From a candidate division WOR-3 bacterium (GTDB taxonomy: Bacteria; Hydrothermota; Hydrothermia; JBDRYB01): 64,000 bases of DNA. The notes beneath the pieces were generated by a model, which saw only the letters and a program-made list of their open reading frames with translations, was not told the origin of the DNA and did no database searches. The translations under genes and the position numbers were made by a program. Of this stretch, positions 46,496 through 56,118 are shown piece by piece; positions within the stretch are counted from its first letter, which is position 1, and the number at the start of each line of letters is the position of its first letter. Location of the stretch: contig JBDRYB010000007.1 of assembly GCA_039803205.1 (NCBI GenBank), positions 9,152 through 73,151 on the forward strand, read 5' to 3'.

Positions 46496-48862
46496 CTAGA
46501 GCCTCAGCCAATCCAGGTAATCGGAGGCAGAGGCTATGGGTCTGCGCTTCTTGGAGGGGAATACCTCCGATAGGAACTCATCGCAAGCAGAGACATATTT
46601 TACCGTGAGGCCGGACAGAAGCCTTCCCTCCATCTTTTTGTTCGTGTAAGCAACCTCCTCCGCATTTGCAAGGGGCAGGTAAACGGTTTTTATCCCTGCC
46701 CTCTGTGCGGCCATGAGCTTCGCGACCAGGCCTCCGACCCTGAGAACCTGGCCCGTGAGGGTTATCTCGCCGGTGGCCGCGTTTGTCCCTGGAACAGGCT
46801 GTTTTGTGAGCGCTGAGACCATTGAGGCGAGAACAGCGAGACCAGCGGACGGGCCATCCTTCGGTATTGCCCCTTCAGGGATGTGAATATGGATGTCAAG
46901 GAGCTCGTGGAAGTTTGGCGGCAGGCCCAGTTCGACCCTGTGCGCCTTGATGTAGCTCAAGGCCGCTTTTATTGATTCGTTTATTATCTCTCCGAGCTGG
47001 CCCGTTGTTATCAGGTTTCCCTTGCCCCGCGAGACAGTGGTTTCAACCCTGAGAGCGTCCCCTCCCTGTTCTGTCCAAGCGAGGCCGTAGAAGACTCCAG
47101 GGGGGTTCTCCTCCTTAACCCGGTGCTCCTGAAACGCCGGAAGGTCCAGGAATTTTTCCAGGTTTGAAAGGGTTATGCTCGTTGGTTTGCTTTTCTCGAC
47201 CTTCCTGCGGGCTGACTTGCGCATGAGCCTGGCTATCTGGCGTTCCAGCTCCCTTACCCCTGCTTCCGATGTATATTCTCTTATTATCTTGAGTATGACA
47301 TCAGGCGATATCGTGAAATCATCCGGTTCAAGCCCATGCTCCTCTAGGAGTTTTGGCACCAGGTGCCTTTTGGCTATTTCGGTCTTTTCAAAATCCGTAT
47401 ATCCTCTTAGGTATATCACATCCATCCTGTCAAGGAGGGGCTTCGGTATTCCTGCGGTGGAGTTTGCTGTGGTTATGAAAAGGACCTCGGATAGGTCAAA
47501 CGGGAGCTCAAGATAGTGATCCATGAACTCCGCGTTTATCTCTGGGTCAAGAACCTCCATGAGAGCGGCTTGGGGGTCTCCCCTGTAATCCGTCCCGACC
47601 TTGTCAACCTCATCAAGGAGAAAGACCGGATTCTTCGTTCCTGCTCTCTTTACCTGTTGTATTATCTTCCCCGGAAGGGCCCCGACATATGTCCTCCTGT
47701 GGCCCCTTATCTCCGCCTCATCCCTCAATCCACCAAGGGAAGCCCTTACGAACTTCCTTCCGAGGGCACGGGCTATTGAGCGAGCGAGGGAGGTTTTACC
47801 CACGCCGGGCGGCCCAACAAAGCACAGGACCTGGCCCCTGGTTGCCCCTTTGAGCTGGAGCACGGCAAGATACTCAAGTATTCTCTCCTTGACCTCTGTG
47901 AGGCCATAGTGATCCTCATCAAGTGTTCTGCGAGCGTTTTCCAGGTCAAGGTTATCCTCTGTTCGTGAATTCCAGGGCATCTCCGTGATCCAGTCAAGCC
48001 ATGTCCTTATCACGCTCGCCTCAGGTGACATGGCTGGGGTCTTGGTAAGGCGTTTGAGCTCCGAGAGGGCTTTTTCCCTTGCTTCATCTGGCATCCCTAT
48101 TCCGAGTATTCGCTTCTCATAAACCGAGAAGTCATCCTCTTCCTCCATCTCCTTCTTTATCTCATCCTGAAGCTGGGAGAGGATGACCTGTTTGTGCCCC
48201 CGGGCCAGCTCTTCCTTTACCCTGCCCTCCAGTTCTTGTCTGGTCTCAAGGTATTTTATGTGCCAAAGCAGTTGTTCGGATAGCTTCTTTGCCAGCTCAG
48301 GAAGGTCCTTTGATTCAAGGAGCTCCTGCTTTTTGTCGGGGTCGCCTGGCATGTGCGCTGAAGCGAGATAGAGAAATGTTTCGTTTGACTGGGAGAGAAT
48401 GGTTTTGGTAAGCTCAGAAGGCAGATCGGGTATCATGGATACGAGCTTGGCGAAGAAGTCTTTCGCTACACGGGCCGCTGGCGCGAGAACCTTTTCATCC
48501 GCCCGAGGGAAGGGAAACATGTCTGCCCTCGCGGAATAATAGCCCCTAGTGAACAGGAGGTTTTGGACCTTGACCCTCTCCACGCCTTGGATCAGGATGT
48601 TTGCCCCGCCGTCCTCGCTCTCTACGCTGTGGACGATCGTTCCTATTGTTCCTACCCTATATATCTCATCCGGCGATGGCTCTTCGTCATCCCCTTTTTG
48701 GAGCAGGAAGATCATCATCCCATCCCCGCGACCAGCCGCCCGGAGGGCTTTCAGAGACATCTCCCTCCTGACCATGACCGGAAGTATGGCCTCGGGGAAA
48801 AGCACTTCGCCCATGAGGACGATGACGGGTAATCGCTTTTCTGGCTTCGGTTTATGCTTCAC
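46496..48862 (-). CDS. lon: ATP-dependent protease La
   Basis: LDEDHYGL, GPPGVGKTS, GHRRTYVGALPG, PKDGPSAG, TGEITLTG. Confidence 0.97.
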   Translation of the reverse strand: MKHKPKPEKRLPVIVLMGEVLFPEAILPVMVRREMSLKALRAAGRGDGMMIFLLQKGDDEEPSPDEIYRVGTIGTIVHSVESEDGGANILIQGVERVKVQNLLFTRGYYSARADMFPFPRADEKVLAPAARVAKDFFAKLVSMIPDLPSELTKTILSQSNETFLYLASAHMPGDPDKKQELLESKDLPELAKKLSEQLLWHIKYLETRQELEGRVKEELARGHKQVILSQLQDEIKKEMEEEDDFSVYEKRILGIGMPDEAREKALSELKRLTKTPAMSPEASVIRTWLDWITEMPWNSRTEDNLDLENARRTLDEDHYGLTEVKERILEYLAVLQLKGATRGQVLCFVGPPGVGKTSLARSIARALGRKFVRASLGGLRDEAEIRGHRRTYVGALPGKIIQQVKRAGTKNPVFLLDEVDKVGTDYRGDPQAALMEVLDPEINAEFMDHYLELPFDLSEVLFITTANSTAGIPKPLLDRMDVIYLRGYTDFEKTEIAKRHLVPKLLEEHGLEPDDFTISPDVILKIIREYTSEAGVRELERQIARLMRKSARRKVEKSKPTSITLSNLEKFLDLPAFQEHRVKEENPPGVFYGLAWTEQGGDALRVETTVSRGKGNLITTGQLGEIINESIKAALSYIKAHRVELGLPPNFHELLDIHIHIPEGAIPKDGPSAGLAVLASMVSALTKQPVPGTNAATGEITLTGQVLRVGGLVAKLMAAQRAGIKTVYLPLANAEEVAYTNKKMEGRLLSGLTVKYVSACDEFLSEVFPSKKRRPIASASDYLDWLRL

Positions 48863-50082
48863 AGGATGCCTCTCCTCTGGTCAGAGAAGACCAATATTGG
48901 TTCCCTTTCTCCTCTGGCGACCTCACCGTTCACTATGACCTTGGTTACATCCTTCATGGACGGCAATTTATACATGGTGTCCAGCAATATGTCTTCCATG
49001 ATGGAACGAAGCCCCCTCGCTCCAGAGCCCCTTTTGGCCGCGGCCCTGGCTATCTCCCTTATTGCCTCATCCGTTATCTCCAGCGCTACATCCTCCATTC
49101 CGAATATTCTTTTGAACTGTTTGACTATAGCGTTTCTCGGCTTGGTCATTATCTCCGCGAGCTCGTCCTCCGTGAGCGGCGAAAGCGTTACTATAACAGG
49201 AAGCCTCCCTACGAGCTCCGGTATCATCCCGAAGCTGATGAGGTCCTCTGGCTGAGCCAGCCTGTATAGCTCCTCTCTCGGCATGTCCTCCTGGCCCCGA
49301 CCAAACCCTATTCCACCCCTTCCCAAGCGCTCCGCGACTATATCCGATAGTCCCTCAAAACTGCCAGCGAATATAAACAGTATGTCCCTCGTGTCCAGGG
49401 AAACCTTTTCCCTTCTGCCAGGCAAAGGAACATCCACAGCCGAACCCTCGGTTATCTTGAGAAGTGCCTGCTGTGCACCCTCTCCGGAAACATCCCTTCC
49501 GGATCCGGGTTTCCTCGCGAGCTTGTCCGCCTCATCAAGATAGACTATCCCTATTCTCGCCTTGTCCATATCCCCGTTTGCCTCAGCAATGAGCCGGGTG
49601 AGTATTGCCTCCGCATCCTCCCCCACATAACCAGCCTCGGTTATCGGTGTTGCGTCAAAAATGACAATGGGAACCCCGATGAGCCTCGCGAGGGTTCTCG
49701 CCAGGAGGGTTTTTCCGGTCCCTGTTGGTCCAACGAGCAGGATGTTGCTCTTTTCCAGCTCCACATCGCTCTTGCCCATCCTCCTGTGGTTTATCCTTTT
49801 GTAATGATTATATACAGCCACCGAAAGCGTCTTTTTGGCCCTTTCCTGGCCGATCACCCACTCGTCCAAGGCGGACTTTATCCTCTCGGGAACGGGTAGT
49901 TCCAGAGGCTCATCCGGATCAAGGGGGCTGCTGAGCAGTTCAACAGCGAGCCTGGCGCAATCAGGACATATAAAAGCATCAACTCCGGGCAAAAGGCGCC
50001 TTGTAGCGCTCTGAGGCTTGCCGCAGAACGAGCAGTAAGGCTCAGAAACCCTTTCCTTGGTCCTCGCCCTTTTCCTCTGCAT
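48859..50082 (-). CDS. clpX: Clp protease ATP-binding subunit
   Basis: CSFCGK...CPDC zinc finger, [33 protein letters not shown] loop, GARGLR. Confidence 0.95.
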   Translation of the reverse strand: MQRKRARTKERVSEPYCSFCGKPQSATRRLLPGVDAFICPDCARLAVELLSSPLDPDEPLELPVPERIKSALDEWVIGQERAKKTLSVAVYNHYKRINHRRMGKSDVELEKSNILLVGPTGTGKTLLARTLARLIGVPIVIFDATPITEAGYVGEDAEAILTRLIAEANGDMDKARIGIVYLDEADKLARKPGSGRDVSGEGAQQALLKITEGSAVDVPLPGRREKVSLDTRDILFIFAGSFEGLSDIVAERLGRGGIGFGRGQEDMPREELYRLAQPEDLISFGMIPELVGRLPVIVTLSPLTEDELAEIMTKPRNAIVKQFKRIFGMEDVALEITDEAIREIARAAAKRGSGARGLRSIMEDILLDTMYKLPSMKDVTKVIVNGEVARGEREPILVFSDQRRGIL

Positions 50083-50707
50083 CCTTCCTCCTTCCCCTGT
50101 CCGGAGCCGCTGTAATTATGTCGTCAACCAGGCCATAAGCCTTCGCCTCCTCCGCTGACATGTAGAAGTTGCGCTCCGTGTCCCTTTCTATAACCTCCAG
50201 AGGCTTTCCCGTGTGCTTTGCCAGGAGCTCCTGTAGCAATTTCTTGAGGGCCAGTATCTCCTTTGCCTCTATCTCTATGTCAGTTGCCATGCCCTGCGCT
50301 CCACCCCAGGGCTGGTGTATCATAAGTCTTGAGTGCTGAAGAGCGAAACGTTTCCCCGGCGTGCCAGCCGCTACCAAAAGGGCTCCCATTGATGCGGCCA
50401 TGCCTATGCACATGGTTACCACATCAGGCCTGATATACTGCATGGTGTCGTAAATGGCGAGGCCAGATGTAACTATGCCGCCAGGTGTGTTTATGTAGAA
50501 GTATATGTCCTTGTCCGGGTCCTCAGCATCCAAATAAAGGAACTGGGCAATAATCAGGTTCGCCACATAGTCGTCTATTGGCATGCCAAGGAAAACGATC
50601 CGCTCCTTAAGGAGCCTTGAGAAGATATCGTAAGCCCTCTCCATGCGCCCGGTCTGCTCTATGACCATGGGCACCAGCTGACCTATCTTTCTATCTGCCT
50701 CTTTCAT
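50042..50707 (-). CDS. clpP: Clp protease proteolytic subunit
   Basis: [32 protein letters not shown]. Confidence 0.97.
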   Translation of the reverse strand: MKEADRKIGQLVPMVIEQTGRMERAYDIFSRLLKERIVFLGMPIDDYVANLIIAQFLYLDAEDPDKDIYFYINTPGGIVTSGLAIYDTMQYIRPDVVTMCIGMAASMGALLVAAGTPGKRFALQHSRLMIHQPWGGAQGMATDIEIEAKEILALKKLLQELLAKHTGKPLEVIERDTERNFYMSAEEAKAYGLVDDIITAAPDRGRRKDAEEKGEDQGKGF

Positions 50708-50812
50708 TTGGGGAAAATTATAAGGCCAAACATGGGCCCCGGGCTACCCTTAACCTCACAGCGACATGTCGCGCTTGAATTTTCTGTCCGGATTGCTTTA
50801 TAATATAAATCC

Positions 50813-52270
50813 ATGATCTTCAGGATAGAGGATCTTGAGAGGGCAGGGGATTATCTCTGGATGATAAGTCCAGAGAGGCTTAGTGGCATGAGGGTTCCTG
50901 GTTACATATACGCGTCGGACAGGATGATGAGCAGTATCCTTTCCGACAATGCTCCCCAACAGGTTGTAAATGTCGCTTGCCTCCCCGGCATAGTTAAGGC
51001 CTCAATTGCAATGCCTGACATACACTGGGGTTATGGGTTTCCCATAGGCGGGGTTGCGGCATTTGACCTGAAGGAAGGCGTCATATCACCCGGAGGGGTT
51101 GGCTATGACATCAACTGCGGAGTGAGGCTCATGACAACCAATCTGAGCCTCAAGGAGCTGAAACCGCGCCTGGAGAAGCTCCTGGACAAGATGTTTTCCC
51201 TGATCCCCTCCGGCGTTGGATCATCTGGGCAGATAAGCCTGCATGAGCGCCAGTTAGAAGAGGTAGCGCTGAGGGGTGCGGAATGGGCTGTCAATGAAAG
51301 GGGTTTTGGGTGGGATGATGACCTCCTTCACACCGAGGAAGGCGGGTGCATGGATGGTGCGGACTTCGGAGCTGTAAGCGCGAAGGCGCGTCAGCGAGGC
51401 GCGCCCCAACTCGGAACTCTGGGGAGCGGCAATCATTTTCTTGAGATCCAGGAGATAGATGAGGTCTACGATCCTGAAGCGGCCGAGGCCATGGGCCTCA
51501 GAAAGGGAACGGTAACCGTGATGATCCACACGGGTTCAAGGGGGTTTGGTCACCAGATAGCTGACGATTACATAAAGGTGATGAAGTCCGCTATGCGCAA
51601 ATACGGCATAGAGGTGCCAGATATCCAGCTCGCCTGCGCTCCAGTTGATTCTAAAGAAGGGAAAAGCTACTTTGCGGCCATGGTTGCAGCGGCCAACTAC
51701 GCGTGGGCAAACAGGCAGATAATAACCCACAGGGTCAGAGAGGCTTTCGCGGCCGTTTTCCTGGTCAAGCCAGAGGAATTAGGTCTTTCGCTCGTGTATG
51801 ATGTGGCCCACAACATAGCCAAGAAGGAGACGCACCTCTTTGAAGGAAAGGAGATCCAACTGATGGTTCACCGCAAGGGCGCGACGAGGGCCTTTCCGGC
51901 TGGCCATCCGGATGTCCCAGAGAAATACCGGAGCCTGGGACAGCCCGTTCTCATACCCGGGGATATGGGCAGGTATTCATTCGTGCTCATAGGCCAGCCA
52001 AAGGCCATGGAATCCGCCTTTGGCTCAACCTGCCATGGAGCTGGAAGGGTCATGTCAAGGGCAAAGGCAACGAAAACCACAACACCCTCATCCGTGAAGA
52101 GGGCCCTTTCCGAGAGGGGAATAATGGTCCGAGCCCATACGGACGCCACGCTCACTGAGGAGGTGCCTGAGGCATACAAGGATGTGGCTGATGTGGTGGA
52201 GGTCGTCCACTGCGTTGGGCTCGCGAGCAAGGTCGTCAGAATGAGGCCTGTTGCGGTGATAAAAGGCTAG
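50813..52270 (+). CDS. rtcB: RNA-splicing ligase RtcB (long archaeal/eukaryote-like form)
   Basis: MPDIHWGYGFPIGG, GYDINCG, LGSGNHF, HTGSRG, HNIAK, HRKGAT, PGDMG, HGAGR, AYK; TTGAAT-N18-TATAAT at 50775-50804. Confidence 0.96.
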   Translation: MIFRIEDLERAGDYLWMISPERLSGMRVPGYIYASDRMMSSILSDNAPQQVVNVACLPGIVKASIAMPDIHWGYGFPIGGVAAFDLKEGVISPGGVGYDINCGVRLMTTNLSLKELKPRLEKLLDKMFSLIPSGVGSSGQISLHERQLEEVALRGAEWAVNERGFGWDDDLLHTEEGGCMDGADFGAVSAKARQRGAPQLGTLGSGNHFLEIQEIDEVYDPEAAEAMGLRKGTVTVMIHTGSRGFGHQIADDYIKVMKSAMRKYGIEVPDIQLACAPVDSKEGKSYFAAMVAAANYAWANRQIITHRVREAFAAVFLVKPEELGLSLVYDVAHNIAKKETHLFEGKEIQLMVHRKGATRAFPAGHPDVPEKYRSLGQPVLIPGDMGRYSFVLIGQPKAMESAFGSTCHGAGRVMSRAKATKTTTPSSVKRALSERGIMVRAHTDATLTEEVPEAYKDVADVVEVVHCVGLASKVVRMRPVAVIKG

Positions 52271-52409
52271 ATCTTGCCCCCTGCGTGGATCTGCAACCCT
52301 ATCATACCAAGGAGCTCATTTCTTTGATTCCGCGGCGAGATCGCAAGAATATTGATAACGCTTATGTAGCTTCCCTCTTCGTTATTCGTTGCTGAGAAGG
52401 AGGTGGCAA

Positions 52410-52462
52410 TTGACACGGGTGGTGCGCTTAGTTCATAATTTGTCCCTGAGGCTTTAAGGAGG
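52410..52462 (+). promoter_or_regulatory. Promoter TTGACA-N18-CATAAT and SD AAGGAGG
   Basis: Hexamers at 52410-52415 and 52434-52439; SD just before ATG 52469. Confidence 0.7.
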
Positions 52463-52468
52463 TTTTTT

Positions 52469-53371
52469 ATGTTTGGATATATCATAGCAGCGACCATAGG
52501 GCTCAGCGCGGAGCCCGCGAAGGTGGAGAATCCAGGCATACCAGGAAAGGACGAGCTCAGATACCACAGCCTATTTGAGGACGGCCGCGGGTATATCATT
52601 GGCTGGACATCCTATCCTGCGTATGTAGGCGTCAGGTTCAGGGTTCCTCTTTCCGGAGGCAACAACGCCATAAGGATAGACAGCGTGATGGTGAATTACA
52701 GGTGCTACACCACCGGGACCAAGGAGGATACCCTCTATATCTACGATGATGCCACAGGGCCGAAACCAGGAAACCTGATACGCACCATACCCTTCCAGTT
52801 CAGCATAAACACGGCTGGGTGGTATGTGATCAATGTCCCTGACGGTATGGATACCCTCTACAAGGGAGCAACCGACACCGTCTTTCTGTGGACTGTTCAA
52901 ACCGCGAGGAAGATCACTGGCGACACAATAAAGAGGGGAACTGATAGCTCAAACGCGGATCCATACACGACCGGATATAACTACTACAGCTTGGATGGCT
53001 CCACCTGGAATGACTTCTATGGTGCGATACCCTCGGTTCCCGGCATAGATTGGGTTTATACCCTCTGGTATAGCCCGCTGAATGTGGATGTGGCTGAACT
53101 CCCTTCGGTGAGCCACTTCTTCTTGCAGGGCGTATCCCCCAACCCCGTGAGGGGCAGGGCAAGGGTAAGTTTTGGCCTACCGACCGGTTCCCATGTTGAC
53201 ATAGCGGTATATGATGCTGGCGGCAGAAGAGTGATGACCGCTTTCTCAGGAGACCTTGGCCCAGGCGGGCACTCTGTTCCCCTTGAACTCGGGGGATTGA
53301 GCGAGGGCGTTTATTTCCTGAACCTGAGAGCTGGAACCGAGTCTTCTACCGCCATGTTCATAGTGAAATAG
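52469..53371 (+). CDS. Secreted protein with T9SS-type (FlgD-Ig-like) C-terminal domain
   Basis: C-terminal LQGVSPNP...VYDAGGRRV...LSEGVYFLNL...MFIVK; own promoter and terminator. Confidence 0.82.
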   Translation: MFGYIIAATIGLSAEPAKVENPGIPGKDELRYHSLFEDGRGYIIGWTSYPAYVGVRFRVPLSGGNNAIRIDSVMVNYRCYTTGTKEDTLYIYDDATGPKPGNLIRTIPFQFSINTAGWYVINVPDGMDTLYKGATDTVFLWTVQTARKITGDTIKRGTDSSNADPYTTGYNYYSLDGSTWNDFYGAIPSVPGIDWVYTLWYSPLNVDVAELPSVSHFFLQGVSPNPVRGRARVSFGLPTGSHVDIAVYDAGGRRVMTAFSGDLGPGGHSVPLELGGLSEGVYFLNLRAGTESSTAMFIVK

Positions 53372-53393
53372 CGGCGGCCTAACGAAAAACATG

Positions 53394-53419
53394 GCCTCCG
53401 GCTTAGCCGGAGGCTTTTT
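53394..53419 (+). terminator. Intrinsic terminator
   Basis: GCCTCCGGC-TTA-GCCGGAGGC followed by TTTTT. Confidence 0.85.
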
Positions 53420-53434
53420 ATTCCAAAGTGTTTA

Positions 53435-53968
53435 TCAGGGCGCTATCACCAGGCCTCCGCCGCCCCGGAATATCGGGCCCGTAAGCGAGCCCTCTGAGAA
53501 GTCCCTCGCGTCCGGGCGGGCCGGAACGGTCATGTAATCAACACCGAGAACCAGATCAACCCCCCATTTCCCGAATACCAACAAGGTGCCCAGGCTCGCT
53601 CCTCCCCCAAACCCCCAACTCGTGAACGATGTGTCAGGCCAACTGACCCACGAGTGGGGAGCACCGAGCTCAAGAAGGGCATATGGCTTGAAAACCGGAA
53701 GCCCCAGCAAAAGCCCTACCTGCACGAAAACAGGCATGGATGTGAGGGTGAGGGAGTCGTGCTCTTGCCTGAATGCCCAGAAATCTGCCCCATAGACCAC
53801 GCTCGCGGGGCCAAAGGAGCTGTATGAGCCCAGGGCCCTTATCTCGCCAAATGGCCTCGGGGAAGGCTTTGCGCCAGGGACGAGGTCATCAAGCGAGGCC
53901 CCGCACATGAAATAAGAGGCACCGCCATCAATGGAGATATAGAAAGCTGAGAAAAGCAGAAGTGTCAT
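53435..53968 (-). CDS. Small outer-membrane beta-barrel protein (8-strand type)
   Basis: Alternating amphipathic strands, FKPYA..LG, WGFGGGASLG; TTGCCA-N18-TAGAAT-N6-ATG. Confidence 0.65.
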   Translation of the reverse strand: MTLLLFSAFYISIDGGASYFMCGASLDDLVPGAKPSPRPFGEIRALGSYSSFGPASVVYGADFWAFRQEHDSLTLTSMPVFVQVGLLLGLPVFKPYALLELGAPHSWVSWPDTSFTSWGFGGGASLGTLLVFGKWGVDLVLGVDYMTVPARPDARDFSEGSLTGPIFRGGGGLVIAP

Positions 53969-54009
53969 GTGCAAATTCTAGAGCTGGGGCATGTTTTCTG
54001 GCAAAATGC

Positions 54010-54735
54010 TCACCCGAAAGCCCTCGTGAAATCAATCTCTGTGGCCCTGAACCAGGGGCCATCAGTGCATACCCTCAGATAGCCCCCTGAGATGACTGGT
54101 ATGGCGCAAACGAGGCATGTCCCAACGCCGCAGGCCATCATTCCTTCCGCGAGGACAACAACCCTCTCGGCCGGGATAACCTCAAGAAGGGCTTTTGTCA
54201 TGGCCCAAGGGCCGCAGGCTATGTAAAGAGCCTCCGAGCTAAACCTTTTTTTCACAAGCTCAACGACCGTTCCACCGTCGGGCGTGTTTTCATATATCAC
54301 CTCAGGCCTCACATCCGAAAGGAGATCCAGGAGGCCCGGATTTCGCTCCGGGAGGCCCAGGAGCAATCTGGCCTCGTATCTCCGGGCGTAGAACGCCAGG
54401 GGCGCAACCCCAACCCCCCCGGCAACGAGAACGGGATCGTGGAGTTCTGGCAATGGTTTTCCAAGGGGCCCGGTCGCGAAAATCACATCGCCCTCTCTTA
54501 GCTCAGATAGGAGTTTCGTCGCCTTGCCCCTTATCTTCACCAGGAAAACAGCCTTCCCTTCTCCAGCATCAAAAACGCTCAGCGGCCTCGGAATGAGGGG
54601 ATCATCTCCCCCAAAAGAAAGGGTAACGAACTGGCCTGGCATGGCTTCCGAGATATGGTCCGATTCCAATGTCAGGACAAAGATACCGTCCTCAATGGCC
54701 CTGTTTCTCAGGACCCGAACCCGTTCCGAGAACAT
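54010..54735 (-). CDS. pyrK: Dihydroorotate dehydrogenase electron-transfer subunit-like FAD/2Fe-2S protein
   Basis: PGQFV, PRPLS, GPLG, AGGVGVAPL, ACGP, MACGVGTCLVC...VCTDGP. Confidence 0.85.
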   Translation of the reverse strand: MFSERVRVLRNRAIEDGIFVLTLESDHISEAMPGQFVTLSFGGDDPLIPRPLSVFDAGEGKAVFLVKIRGKATKLLSELREGDVIFATGPLGKPLPELHDPVLVAGGVGVAPLAFYARRYEARLLLGLPERNPGLLDLLSDVRPEVIYENTPDGGTVVELVKKRFSSEALYIACGPWAMTKALLEVIPAERVVVLAEGMMACGVGTCLVCAIPVISGGYLRVCTDGPWFRATEIDFTRAFG

Positions 54736-56032
54736 CTCCGAAGAGCCTCCTGGCTTCCCTGGCGTAGAGGGTCTGCGGGTATTTTTCCTGGAGCCTGGCA
54801 TATTGAGCCCTCGCGGCTATGGTATCCGCCTTAACCCTGAGATAGTAGTGCATGAGCGCGTATATGGACTTGGGCGCGTAATCGGTTTTTGGATACTGCT
54901 CAGCTATTTCCGCGAATATGGCAATCGCCTCCTCATATCTCTTCAGATAGAGATATGAAACCTCCGCGTACCTGTATCTCCCTGAGACGGATGAGGAATC
55001 CCTGAGCGCCTCCCACTCCCTCAGCGCATCAAGCCTCCTTCTGGCGAGAATCGGGTATTTGCCTCCGGTTAGCTTCCCGGCCTCAGCGTAAAACCCCTGG
55101 GCTACAGATAGGCTATCGGCTCCCTCGTATATAATCCCCATCCTGTAATATGCCTCAGCCTTGAACTCATAGCTACCCCCATCGGTAACGGCTTTGTAAA
55201 ACGAAAGCGCTTCATCAGTCTTCCCCATTCCCTCCGCGGCTAGCCCCTTCTTTATTAGGAGGGGCCACTGGAGCGTTGAACCCGGAGCCAAATCAACCGA
55301 GTTGTATATTCCGGCCGCCTTCTCGTAATCGCCAGCCGCATAGTAGATATCCCCCAGCAGGATGTTTATCTCAACCCTCTCGCTGTCAGTCAGAAAACCC
55401 GAAAGCAGTTCCCGGAGAAACCCAGCTCCCTCCTCGTATCTGCCGGATTCCTTCGCGGCCCTCGCCCCAACCAGGTAAGCCTCTTTCCTGTAAGGGCTTT
55501 TGGGGTATCTGGCCATGAAATCGGATATAACCTTTACAGCCTCAGATGGTTCGCCAGCTCCTAGAAGCGCTTCTGCCCTGAAGACCATAGCCTCGGATTC
55601 CAGCTTTGGGTCCCTCGCAACGGCCCTTGATAGCTGTTCAACCGCGTCGCGGTTCCGCCCGGATTCCAGGTATGCCTTACCTAGGTAAAGATGAGCCCGG
55701 GCCGCGAATGGGCTTGCGGGATAGTATAGCAGGAGCTCCTCAAACTTCTTTTGCGCCTTGGCCACATCATCCATTCTGAGATGTGAAACCCCTATTATGA
55801 AAAGGGCGTCATCCACATAGATGGACCTCGGATAATACTTGAGAACTCGCGAGCCCTTCTCTATTGCCTTTTGGTAATACTGCCTAGCCTCCCCTGGCCT
55901 CCCCTTTTTGTAAAGTGACTCTGCTTTTTTGAAGTTCTTCTCGCAGTTGTAGAACGAGTTGTAGTAAGCCCAGAATGAGTGTCTCGGGATGCAGGATAAA
56001 GCGAGTATACCCAAAAAGGCTATCCGGCGCAC
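54692..56032 (-). CDS. Long TPR lipoprotein, BamD-like or PorW/SprE-like
   Basis: MRRIAFLGILALS-C; AYYNSFYN; YPRSIYVDDALF; multiple TPRs; TTGATA-N18-TAACAT-N6-GTG. Confidence 0.8.
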   Translation of the reverse strand: MRRIAFLGILALSCIPRHSFWAYYNSFYNCEKNFKKAESLYKKGRPGEARQYYQKAIEKGSRVLKYYPRSIYVDDALFIIGVSHLRMDDVAKAQKKFEELLLYYPASPFAARAHLYLGKAYLESGRNRDAVEQLSRAVARDPKLESEAMVFRAEALLGAGEPSEAVKVISDFMARYPKSPYRKEAYLVGARAAKESGRYEEGAGFLRELLSGFLTDSERVEINILLGDIYYAAGDYEKAAGIYNSVDLAPGSTLQWPLLIKKGLAAEGMGKTDEALSFYKAVTDGGSYEFKAEAYYRMGIIYEGADSLSVAQGFYAEAGKLTGGKYPILARRRLDALREWEALRDSSSVSGRYRYAEVSYLYLKRYEEAIAIFAEIAEQYPKTDYAPKSIYALMHYYLRVKADTIAARAQYARLQEKYPQTLYAREARRLFGDVLGTGSGPEKQGH

Positions 56033-56073
56033 CTCCAAATGTTAATCCAGGCGCAGGGGTGTTATCAACAACG

Positions 56074-56100
56074 AAAAGGCCTCGCAAGTGCGAGGCCTTT
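56074..56100 (-). terminator. Intrinsic terminator after the Omp28-like gene
   Basis: AAAGGCCTCGCA / TGCGAGGCCTTT inverted repeat with A/T flanks. Confidence 0.8.
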
Positions 56101-56118
56101 CCTTCTTGTAGATGGGTT

